Shown: piece by piece, positions 18,582 to 26,655 of the stretch
Layout: each line of letters begins with the position of its first letter
Numbering within the stretch: position 1 is the first letter of the stretch
Virus record (IMG/VR): IMGVR_UViG_3300013113_000455
Span: 1-62,158 of that record
Source of the DNA: a virus
Taxonomy: Duplodnaviria; Caudoviricetes
DNA length: 62,158 nt
Reading direction: 5' to 3' (one strand)
Made by a program: the position numbers and the translations under genes
The notes under the pieces: model-generated
What the model saw: only the letters and a program-made list of their open reading frames with translations
The model's database searches: none
What the model was told of the DNA's origin: nothing

Positions 18582-18797
18582 TTAAAAATCCATACCACTT
18601 AACCCACGTTCAAATTCATAATCGTTTGGGTCATATTTGTTTTCAGGTTTACAAACGCTATCAAATACGTCATATCCTTCACCATATACTTTATATGCGT
18701 GTCCTTTTCCATCAGCAACAGCAAGTGTCCTTTTGTTGTTTGTAATAATATAAATCGGTCTGTTTTCTCTACCGTCTTTGGGGCATTTTCCTTCCAT
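18582..18797 (-). CDS. cassette-borne hypothetical protein
   Basis: Single ORF between hairpins C and D. Confidence 0.6.
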   Translation of the reverse strand: MEGKCPKDGRENRPIYIITNNKRTLAVADGKGHAYKVYGEGYDVFDSVCKPENKYDPNDYEFERGLSGMDF

Positions 18798-18807
18798 AAT
18801 TAAAAGT

Positions 18808-18930
18808 GCCTAACAATGTGTATAAGCAATAGCCGTTAGGCGTTTTTACTATTGCAGTTGTTAATTTTTAAGTTTGTTTCTATTCACTATCATTCGTGTA
18901 GGCTACTGCTCATACACTCGTCCGTTAGGC
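18808..18930 (+). repeat. attC-like recombination hairpin D (long form)
   Basis: GCCTAAC-aat-GTGTATAAGCAATAGCC...GGCTACTGCTCATACAC-tcgtcc-GTTAGGC; perfect RYYYAAC/GTTRRRY ends. Confidence 0.8.
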
Positions 18931-18934
18931 AGAA

Positions 18935-19573
18935 TTAAAACAAACTGCCTTGATTGTTTTTATTCGCCTTAATTATGCCTTTAGCCCTTTCTAATATGTG
19001 CAAACCTAAATCAGCGTTTACCATATTACGATCTGCTAATGGTTTACTACAAGCCTTATTACCATTTTTATTAACCCCCTTCCAATTTTTACTGTGCTTG
19101 CTGTTTTTGTGCATCATATTACCAACCTCATTATTAGGTTGTTTTATTGGTGGTATTTTAAAATTTGCCCATAAATAATGTCTACCTATTTCAGCGGTTG
19201 GTGGTATAAAATGTTCATAGTATGCTTTTACATTTTCAACACAAAATTTACCCTTGCAAAATGTTTTTAAAAATATTATCTCTTGCCATAATTCCATTTT
19301 TGGATATCTGCTTTCTGTAATGTAGTTTATAAAATAGTTTGCTTTACTATGAGTTTGGCAAGGTGGAGAAGTCCAAATAAACCCATCTTCAAACTCTGTA
19401 TAATTTTTTAAAAGGTACTCGTGAGCATCTGCCACAATTACTTTATCATTAGGGTAAAGCTCTTGGTATTTTTCTGCTACTTTATCATCAAACTCGACCG
19501 CTGTTATTTCGTGTTTATCTCCCCATAATCTACGATTTCCCCCTATTCCAGCATATAAATTAAGTATCTTCAT
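18935..19573 (-). CDS. cassette-borne short C5-cytosine DNA methyltransferase
   Basis: Motif I LYAGIGG, AVE, motif IV SPPCQ, motif VI VENV. Confidence 0.85.
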   Translation of the reverse strand: MKILNLYAGIGGNRRLWGDKHEITAVEFDDKVAEKYQELYPNDKVIVADAHEYLLKNYTEFEDGFIWTSPPCQTHSKANYFINYITESRYPKMELWQEIIFLKTFCKGKFCVENVKAYYEHFIPPTAEIGRHYLWANFKIPPIKQPNNEVGNMMHKNSKHSKNWKGVNKNGNKACSKPLADRNMVNADLGLHILERAKGIIKANKNNQGSLF

Positions 19574-19602
19574 TCTATTATCTTTATCGGTTAATTAAAA
19601 GT

Positions 19603-19656
19603 GCCTAACAATATGTAACAGGCATTAAAACGACCTGTTACACGACCTCGTTATCT
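19603..19656 (+). repeat. attC-like recombination hairpin E (short form)
   Basis: GCCTAAC-aata-TGTAACAGG-[cattaaaacga]-CCTGTTACA-cgacctc-GTTATCT; shares taattaaaagtgcctaacaat with D. Confidence 0.75.
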
Positions 19657-19715
19657 AGATCTTAATGCTAAACAAGCGATTAAGAATTTTAATATTAAGA
19701 ATCCTATAAAGTAAA

Positions 19716-20204
19716 TCATAGTCCTTTGATTTGAATAATTCCAAAGTTACTTTCGTAATTAAATCTTTCACACTCTTTTGGTATGTTAATTGGGGGTATA
19801 TATCCTGCGTGTATTGTTATTACCTCTCCGTTGAATACGTATGCTATACCTTTACCCTTTTTGTAACAGTCAGGAGTGTTTTCTGGCATCACTGCGTATC
19901 CTTCATTAATAAAACCGATAGGGTTTTGTTTGAAGAAGTGAACCATTTCTTCTCTAAATACTGTTTGTTGTTTTCTTTGTTTGTCAAGGTTTCCCAACCA
20001 TGTTTTAATTATTTTCTTGATAGTCATTTTTGCTGTTGTATAAGTTTTAGATCTTCTGACTAAAGGATTAATTTGTATTCCTTTGTCGTTTATTAACACA
20101 CCTACGTTCATCATTTTGTCGATGTCTTTTTGTTGGTCCAGGTGTTCTTGTGAATTTTTTTTAATTGTGAGTCCTTGTTTGAACTCTTGAAATAAGTTTT
20201 CCAT
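19716..20204 (-). CDS. hypothetical protein
   Basis: ORF with AAAACAAAATC-ATG leader. Confidence 0.55.
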   Translation of the reverse strand: MENLFQEFKQGLTIKKNSQEHLDQQKDIDKMMNVGVLINDKGIQINPLVRRSKTYTTAKMTIKKIIKTWLGNLDKQRKQQTVFREEMVHFFKQNPIGFINEGYAVMPENTPDCYKKGKGIAYVFNGEVITIHAGYIPPINIPKECERFNYESNFGIIQIKGL

Positions 20205-20220
20205 GATTTTGTTTTTTAGA

Positions 20221-20370
20221 TTAAGGTGTTAATACACCCTTATAATGTTGCTGTTTATATTTTTTAATTTTAGTTGAATAACAGCAGGGACATCTTTTGT
20301 TTTCATCACCAACACTTATTGTTGTTGGTTCTTGAAATTCTTCGTTACATTCTTTGCAATAATATTCCAT
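20221..20370 (-). CDS. second FmdB-like zinc-ribbon protein, 49 aa
   Basis: Read manually: MEYYCKECNEEF...KRCPCCYS. Confidence 0.6.
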   Translation of the reverse strand: MEYYCKECNEEFQEPTTISVGDENKRCPCCYSTKIKKYKQQHYKGVLTP

Positions 20371-20701
20371 GATTTTTCAGTTTTAATTGTTTTTATTTTA
20401 GGTATAATCGTTTGTATAATTTGTAGCTTGATATGTAACTAATTGTGCAAGCTCCGAGGAACATCCATATATTAAATAAGAATGGAGCAGAGATTGTTGA
20501 TATTAGCCATATTGCTATTAGTATGTTGTTAACCATAAGCTTTCCAGTTTAGTACTCTTTTGACATCGTATCCTTCTATTTGAAGGAGGGTTTTAATGTC
20601 GTAATAAGATTGTTGTTTTTTTGTTTTAATCACTTCCCATTTCATTTGGAAGGAACTGTCTATAAATTTAATAACAAAGGTTTTCATATTGATTTTAAGC
20701 A

Positions 20702-21589
20702 TTATGTTAGTGGTATATTTTTAAAGATGTGTGCTATTACGTCAACTGTCCAACCGTTGCCTATCATTTTTTTTCTTTGATTGTCAGAAACACCTTTGGT
20801 ATATCCTTCTGGTATTGTTTGTAACTTTTCTATTTCTGTTATGTTTAGCTTGTATATTTTAAAGTCTTTTACAAATCCGTAGTTACAGGCGGTATTTAAA
20901 GTGTTTATTTTTCCTTTAGAAACTCTACCTCTTCTAGTTTTAGATTTAGGAAAATCTAAGTTTACACCGTCTCCGTTTTCTGCTATTAAATATCCTTTTT
21001 TTGTAGCGTTTCTAACGTAAACACCTTTATCGTCTGTTTTTAATATTAAGTCTTTATCAAGGTATTCTTTTCTATCAGAGTCGATTAAAACATCACTAAG
21101 TGTGATACCTTTGTCTAAGGGTTGTTCTATATTAGGTATGTTGGTCCAGTATAGCCTTTCTCTTTTTTGAGCAGACACTAGACTACTATTTATTAAAATA
21201 CAGTCTACTCCTAATTCTTTTGTTATTATATGCTCCCATTCTTTTTTCATAAGCACATTTTCTAGAAGAAAGTATTTAGGTTTTGTTTCTTTTAATAATC
21301 TTAAAAATTCCCAAAACAATTTGCTTTTACCGTCGAATCCGCTTCCGTCACCTGATCTACTAAAACTTTGGCAAGGGCTACCACCAAAAAGTAAATCAAT
21401 CTTTGGCAAATCTTCTGCTTTTACATCAACTACATTACCAATTTGTTTAGTGTTGGGGTAGTTCTTTTGTGTTATTTGTATAGCGTGTTTGTCAATCTCG
21501 CTTGCAAAGTAATTATCATAATTAATCCCTAGCTTGTTGAGTGCTATCTGTCCGCAACTCATGCCGTCAAATAAACTTAATACATTCAT
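20702..21589 (-). CDS. dcm: DNA (cytosine-5)-methyltransferase
   Basis: SLFDGMSCG, SEID, GGSPCQSFS, LENV, Q.R.R.YW, GNGW motifs. Confidence 0.93.
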   Translation of the reverse strand: MNVLSLFDGMSCGQIALNKLGINYDNYFASEIDKHAIQITQKNYPNTKQIGNVVDVKAEDLPKIDLLFGGSPCQSFSRSGDGSGFDGKSKLFWEFLRLLKETKPKYFLLENVLMKKEWEHIITKELGVDCILINSSLVSAQKRERLYWTNIPNIEQPLDKGITLSDVLIDSDRKEYLDKDLILKTDDKGVYVRNATKKGYLIAENGDGVNLDFPKSKTRRGRVSKGKINTLNTACNYGFVKDFKIYKLNITEIEKLQTIPEGYTKGVSDNQRKKMIGNGWTVDVIAHIFKNIPLT

Positions 21590-21662
21590 TTTTTAAAAAT
21601 TTAATTATACGTTTTTATTGTTTTCTTTTCCATGATTAATTGTTTTTAAGGTTACACATTTA

Positions 21663-22205
21663 TTATATGGCTCTATAATATATAAAAGCCTTTATCCTAT
21701 CACATATAGACTGTTCTAGTTCAGATGCCAGGTCATATCCGTTATTGCCTAAATTACCTAGGCAACCGTCTGAAAATATATTAAAATAAAACTCAGGTGT
21801 TAGTGTTTCGTATAGTCCTTCGTTAATCTTTCTTGATACAATAGATATATCTAGCCTTTGTCTTATCTCCAATTGTTTTACGCTTTCAGTATCTATTGTT
21901 TTATACATTTCAAAGCTAACTTTAACGTGGTTATTACCTTGTGTAAATTCAGCAAATGGAATCCTGTGTCCGTTGTCATCTACCCAATCAAAGTCACATC
22001 CTTCAATATCAGCTTCTGTTATCTTAGAATATATTTTACTGATTGTTTGTCTGAGCATATCTTCAAACTGGTTAAGAATAGTTTTATTGATCTTGTTAGC
22101 GGTTTCTTTTTTCTGTTCAATTTCAGAATGAGTTTTAGAAATTGTTGTGAAGATGTTGTCACTTGCAACATCTTGTTCTTCAAAATTTAAAATTATTGTT
22201 TTCAT
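21663..22205 (-). CDS. early hypothetical protein
   Basis: ORF with AAAACAATCAATC-ATG leader. Confidence 0.65.
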   Translation of the reverse strand: MKTIILNFEEQDVASDNIFTTISKTHSEIEQKKETANKINKTILNQFEDMLRQTISKIYSKITEADIEGCDFDWVDDNGHRIPFAEFTQGNNHVKVSFEMYKTIDTESVKQLEIRQRLDISIVSRKINEGLYETLTPEFYFNIFSDGCLGNLGNNGYDLASELEQSICDRIKAFIYYRAI

Positions 22206-22216
22206 GATTGATTGTT

Positions 22217-22537
22217 TTAGAAATTTATAATAATTACTCTTTTGTTATCCATGTGAACCCATATATGAGATCTAGTTCTTCCGCATTCAAATTCTACATT
22301 TGATTCTTTTGCGTATTTACTATTACAGAAAGTTCTGCAATCTATTAATAGCATATCTAATATGAAATCATCGTAAACTGTTTTTCTAGATTTTTCGTTT
22401 GTTTCTTTACTTCCGTATTCTCCAGTTATGTTTTTAGAGTATACGTCTATACCTTCTCTGTTCCAATAATTAACACAGTCTATTATGTTAGATGTAACAT
22501 AATTTTTTTCTCCTTCTAATTCGTATTTAGCTTTCAT
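22217..22537 (-). CDS. early hypothetical protein
   Basis: ORF with AATCAATCAATC-ATG leader. Confidence 0.6.
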   Translation of the reverse strand: MKAKYELEGEKNYVTSNIIDCVNYWNREGIDVYSKNITGEYGSKETNEKSRKTVYDDFILDMLLIDCRTFCNSKYAKESNVEFECGRTRSHIWVHMDNKRVIIINF

Positions 22538-22556
22538 GATTGATTGATTTTAATTG

Positions 22557-22853
22557 TTATCTACTTTTAATGTTATCAATTTTTTTAGTTCCAGAATTAA
22601 TCATCCTGAATACTTCGTCCCAATTGTTGTCATCAGCTTCCCACTCTATGTCATCTTTATCAAATTTTATTTGAAAGTTTCTATAAGAATCTCTATGAGA
22701 GTTAAGTTTAAAATCACCGTCATCATTTTTCTTGAGGGTAATTTTATGTCTGTTATCACACATACAAGATATAAGGTTAATAACTACTTCTCTTGCATTT
22801 TCTTTTACCTCCAGCTTAGGAGGGTTGTTTAGTAATTCTGTGTATTTGTCCAT
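22557..22853 (-). CDS. early hypothetical protein
   Basis: ORF with AAACAAACAATC-ATG leader. Confidence 0.6.
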   Translation of the reverse strand: MDKYTELLNNPPKLEVKENAREVVINLISCMCDNRHKITLKKNDDGDFKLNSHRDSYRNFQIKFDKDDIEWEADDNNWDEVFRMINSGTKKIDNIKSR

Positions 22854-23038
22854 GATTGTTTGTTTTTATTGTTCTATTGTTATTTCTAATAATGTTTCTT
22901 CGTTGTCTACCATTACAACCCAGGTGTCGTATAATTCTTCTCCTTTGTTTAAGGCACTCAACATATCTTCTATGTCGTATCTTGTAAATTCTATTTTAAT
23001 TTTTTTCATGACTGTTTGTTTTTAAGGTTACACATTTA

Positions 23039-23644
23039 TTAATATTGTTCTCCATCTTCTGTAAACTCATACTCATTAGCTATAATACTTTCCTCTATAG
23101 CTTCTCTAGAAGTATAGTACTCGTATTCTTGTTCTAGTGAATGGTATATCTTGTTACATATATCTTCGTAGTGTTCTCTTATTTCATATAAGATGTCTTC
23201 GCAGATGTCTTCTATATTAGAATAGTTCTTACCATACCAGTCATTAGTCATTTCAGCATCTAAGTTATCTGAATAACTTTTTGAATGGTAGTAATGTCCA
23301 TGATGTTTGAAGCTGCCGTATATGTTTATATCACCGTTTTTAATTAGCTTGATAACTCTGGACCAATTTTTTTGATATTGTTGGTTGTTATATCCTGGAG
23401 TTATGAAGTTTAGTATATCTTCGTTTGGTGATCCTTCAAACATAGCTCCATCACCTTGAGAGGCGAATCCACTGAAATATATTTTATCAATATCGAATCC
23501 TGTTTCATCTTCTTTGTACATTTCGTATACGTGTTCCCACCAATCATAATGTGTATTGATGTCGTGAAATTTCTCGATTGCTTTTTCTTGTGCTTTTTCA
23601 CTAAGTTCCTCGAACTTGTAAATTTTAATTGTTTCTGTTCTCAT
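23039..23644 (-). CDS. acidic early protein (family often labelled 'antitoxin of TA stability system')
   Basis: YKF.ELS..AQEKA, FSGFASQGDGA.F, LE.EYEY..S.E.I.E.I.ANEYEFTEDG. Confidence 0.6.
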   Translation of the reverse strand: MRTETIKIYKFEELSEKAQEKAIEKFHDINTHYDWWEHVYEMYKEDETGFDIDKIYFSGFASQGDGAMFEGSPNEDILNFITPGYNNQQYQKNWSRVIKLIKNGDINIYGSFKHHGHYYHSKSYSDNLDAEMTNDWYGKNYSNIEDICEDILYEIREHYEDICNKIYHSLEQEYEYYTSREAIEESIIANEYEFTEDGEQY

Positions 23645-23721
23645 GATATTTATATTTTATCCTCATTTAATTAAGTGTGTAACCTTGAGCGAGGATGTTA
23701 CTCAAGGTCACACATTTATTA

Positions 23722-23982
23722 TTAGCAACAATTGCATTCACTCCAATCTTTACCATTACGGCAAGTGAGTCCCATAACAGAAGCAACGAATAGATATTCG
23801 TCAGTTCCAAAACAGTAGTATATGTCTATACCGTTCACTGTGTCTTCATATTGGATATTTGCAATTGTTTGTTCGTTGTAGTCTACTTCTGTCCAATCAA
23901 GGCTTTTAGCGTACTCTTTAGCTTTTTCAATTCCGTCGTATCCTGGGATACTTGCTTCAAAAAATTCTTCTGTAACTTTCAT
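23722..23982 (-). CDS. early hypothetical protein
   Basis: ORF bounded by repeat motifs. Confidence 0.6.
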   Translation of the reverse strand: MKVTEEFFEASIPGYDGIEKAKEYAKSLDWTEVDYNEQTIANIQYEDTVNGIDIYYCFGTDEYLFVASVMGLTCRNGKDWSECNCC

Positions 23983-24011
23983 GATTGATTTTTTTTAAGG
24001 TTACACATTTA

Positions 24012-24725
24012 TTAATAAACACAAGGATCTTCCATTATCATTAATTCAACTTCCCATCCTTGATTAGGTTTTACATTTTCTTCTAGCCAATCATTGTCAA
24101 CATATTCGTCTGAACCGTCTTTATGATTGTATAAACTAATTTCATTAGGGTATCTAATATCTATAGATAGGCTTTCACGTTTGTTATTATATAGTGTGTG
24201 TTCTACAAAGCCAGTTAAGAAGCCTTCTAGCTTGAATAGTTGTACGTCTGAGTACCCACCTCTGACATCAGCACCTAGATGAAGCTGCAATAATACGTAT
24301 GGTTCACCATCTATAGTAACCCACTGACCTTGGAATACGTGGTCTGTGTTGTATTCTCCGTTGTAAGTGTTCCATTGTTCACTTTTGAACTCTACCTCAT
24401 AATAATCTGAGAAAGTCGCTATATGGCCTTCTAAATCGTTTTCATCAACTTCTCCTACCCAATGTATATTGTTTTCACGTAGGTATTCATTTACAAATTC
24501 ACACACTTCGTCATATTCTAGTACTTTTTTGAAGTAATGGTAAGTGTTTATAGTTACGTATTGGAACTCATCATTCCAATATTCTATAGTCGCTTCAGGC
24601 TCTGACTCGAAGTCACGTTTTTGATTTTTTTGCCAAGCTCTACCGTCAGTTCCACCACTATCTAAAAGGTGTTTTCCTGTGTTTTCTGTAAAAAGTTCTT
24701 GTAATACTTGTTCTATTGTTTTCAT
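24012..24725 (-). CDS. conserved acidic viral hypothetical protein
   Basis: TENTG.H.LDSGG..GR.WQ.N and H.GADVRGGY motifs. Confidence 0.65.
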   Translation of the reverse strand: MKTIEQVLQELFTENTGKHLLDSGGTDGRAWQKNQKRDFESEPEATIEYWNDEFQYVTINTYHYFKKVLEYDEVCEFVNEYLRENNIHWVGEVDENDLEGHIATFSDYYEVEFKSEQWNTYNGEYNTDHVFQGQWVTIDGEPYVLLQLHLGADVRGGYSDVQLFKLEGFLTGFVEHTLYNNKRESLSIDIRYPNEISLYNHKDGSDEYVDNDWLEENVKPNQGWEVELMIMEDPCVY

Positions 24726-25006
24726 GATTGATTGTTTTTGTGTTTTTCGTATTCATAAATAGCGAGTTCCAAACATTCACTAAAGTTTTCACTATTGTTT
24801 TGAAACTCTTTTATTTTTAAGTCTTCGACATTGTCTAGGTTAAAAATATATTTGTTCCAATCTCCTGTTATTTCAGGCTCCTCGTAAATTTCTTCGTAGG
24901 TTCTATCTTCCCATACATCAAACCATATTTTTAGATTGTTTTCTGTCTCTATTTGGACACTTGAAACTATTCCAGTAGTCTCTAATTCTATTTTAATTAC
25001 CTTCAT
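24722..25006 (-). CDS. early hypothetical protein
   Basis: Start re-assigned to ATG 25006, which carries the conserved leader. Confidence 0.55.
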   Translation of the reverse strand: MKVIKIELETTGIVSSVQIETENNLKIWFDVWEDRTYEEIYEEPEITGDWNKYIFNLDNVEDLKIKEFQNNSENFSECLELAIYEYEKHKNNQS

Positions 25007-25025
25007 GATTGATTGTTTTTGATTG

Positions 25026-25316
25026 TTATGCAAATTTTACTGTCCATTCGAAAAGAATCCATTCAATTTCCTTTAGTTCGTCAATAGTTTTAGCTTCGTA
25101 TGTAGCTCTGTCTACTGATAGGTAGAATGAATCGTCTTTTATTTCTATGTGAAAAAGGTTATCGTAGACGTAAACTTTTCCGTTGTGACATTCAGGATCA
25201 CAGAATCCGATTTTATTGTACTCCTCTACCGTCATTAATTTTCGTGACTGTTGAAACTCTTTAAAGTACTTTTGTTTTTCTTTTCTTGCTTTTTCGTGTA
25301 TGTATTCTGTTTTCAT
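25026..25316 (-). CDS. early hypothetical protein
   Basis: Repeat motif and conserved leader immediately upstream. Confidence 0.6.
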   Translation of the reverse strand: MKTEYIHEKARKEKQKYFKEFQQSRKLMTVEEYNKIGFCDPECHNGKVYVYDNLFHIEIKDDSFYLSVDRATYEAKTIDELKEIEWILFEWTVKFA

Positions 25317-25345
25317 GATTGATTGTTTTTAAGGTCACACATTTA

Positions 25346-25651
25346 TTATAAGGCAGGGTGGTCATCATTAACCACGTATATATGTACATGACTAGCATTT
25401 TTAGGTCTCCATTTGCCAGTATAGTTTATGTTTACATATTTCATTTCGCTACGGTTTTCTACCCAATCCATGACTTTATACGCTTGAACACTGTTTTTAC
25501 AAGCCCATGCACATTTGGAACCGCCTTTTCCATGTCCCCAGCCTGACATAAATTTATCTGTTGCTGTGATTAGGATTTTGTGTGTTTCTAATTGTTGTTC
25601 TGTTCTGTCGTCAACTAGTATAGTTTGACCGTTGTTGTACGTTGTTTCCAT
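25346..25651 (-). CDS. conserved phage hypothetical protein
   Basis: TDKFMSGWG...G.S..AWAC motif. Confidence 0.6.
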   Translation of the reverse strand: METTYNNGQTILVDDRTEQQLETHKILITATDKFMSGWGHGKGGSKCAWACKNSVQAYKVMDWVENRSEMKYVNINYTGKWRPKNASHVHIYVVNDDHPAL

Positions 25652-25713
25652 TGTAATAGAGTTTTATATTATAGGTTCATTTTATAGGCTGAACACAATT
25701 ACCTTTTACTAAG

Positions 25714-25926
25714 TTAATTATTTTCTTTTGTACTGACAATAGTAAAATTACTAAAGTTTGTTTTTATTATTAAATCCGTTCTTTTTTCTTCTATCCATTT
25801 TTTAAACCAGGATTGTAGAAATTTCGGTGCAGGCTGCATGTCGCTACCTTGTTCGATATAGAATGTATCGTTTACTTTGTAAATCGGATTGTTTCTAAGA
25901 TCTTTGTATACTTCAAAATTTTTCAT
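25714..25926 (-). CDS. early hypothetical protein
   Basis: Start re-assigned to ATG 25926, downstream of repeat motif. Confidence 0.5.
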   Translation of the reverse strand: MKNFEVYKDLRNNPIYKVNDTFYIEQGSDMQPAPKFLQSWFKKWIEEKRTDLIIKTNFSNFTIVSTKENN

Positions 25927-26096
25927 GTTTTCAAATTTAAGGTTACACATTTACTCTAATTACCATTTTAAATTCTGTTAATTATTAATAAACTCATTAC
26001 TATTAAGGCTGAGCCAAAACAAATTATAAATTCATAGTTTATTTGCCCGTCTGTAGTTTTAAAACTGTCAATAATCTTTTTCATTTTTGTTTGTTT

Positions 26097-26252
26097 TTAA
26101 AGTTCAAATGTTTTGTAAATTCCTGTGTTAAAAGGTAGCCAAACGTAAAAAGTTTTATCTTTTTTGTTGTTAAAAATAGTTACCGCAAAAACTGTTTTTT
26201 GCTTCATTTTTTTTGTTATGCCCGTATGCATAAAGATTCTGATCTTTTTCAT
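26097..26252 (-). CDS. early hypothetical protein
   Basis: Start re-assigned to ATG 26252 with AAACAAACAAA leader. Confidence 0.45.
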   Translation of the reverse strand: MKKIRIFMHTGITKKMKQKTVFAVTIFNNKKDKTFYVWLPFNTGIYKTFEL

Positions 26253-26291
26253 TTTGTTTGTTTTAGTTTGTGCAACGTCGCACATTTAATG

Positions 26292-26353
26292 TAGAAACCC
26301 TCTAGAGATTTGAACTCTACAAGAGACACCATATAAAATTTGTCTGAGGGTTT
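26292..26353 (-). ncRNA. tRNA-like mini-element 1 (acceptor stem + T-arm, no D-arm)
   Basis: Minus strand aaaccctc-agaca[..]tgtct-cttg-tagag-TTCAAAT-ctcta-gagggttt-cta. Confidence 0.5.
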
Positions 26354-26555
26354 TAATTTAACAAGGTGACACATTTAGAATAATGTCACCTTATCAAATA
26401 ACATATATACTAATAAGCTATAATAAGCAATAAACACAAACCTAAAAACATTGGTTATTAATTAGGGCGTATTATTGCCGTCCTACTTATTAGATAAGTC
26501 TTAAACATTTCAGTATTTGTTGTGGTCCTCATCCGTATCAAATCTACTAGCCTTT

Positions 26556-26646
26556 TCAAGATGTCAAAAAACATAGGGCGTTGAATTTAAAACATTAGAG
26601 CAACAAATTTGCACATGTTTAAAATTTTGTCAAGATGTCAAAAAAC
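26556..26646 (-). promoter_or_regulatory. two 17-bp boxA-like direct repeats flanking a hairpin
   Basis: tcaagatgtcaaaaaac at 26556-26572 and 26630-26646 (minus: GTTTTTTGACATCTTGA). Confidence 0.5.
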
Positions 26647-26655
26647 GTGTATTAT

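Larger units (their letters stand above)
21648..26377 (-). repeat. dispersed early-region motif TAAATGTG(T/C)(A/G/C)ACCTT (candidate promoter/processing site)
   Basis: Plus-strand aaggttacacattta or variants at 21648, 23024, 23704, 23997, 25331, 25939, 26274 (degenerate), 26363; inverted copy at 23673. Confidence 0.8.

Noticed and set aside
21648-26377. Early-region repeats or attC-like sites as a CRISPR mini-array
   Set aside because: Spacing is irregular (hundreds of bp) and the intervening sequences are whole ORFs; no cas genes.
26463-26553. Hammerhead ribozyme (minus strand CGGATGAG...GAAA)
   Set aside because: Core reads CGGATGA rather than CTGATGA, and stems II/III could not be built convincingly.
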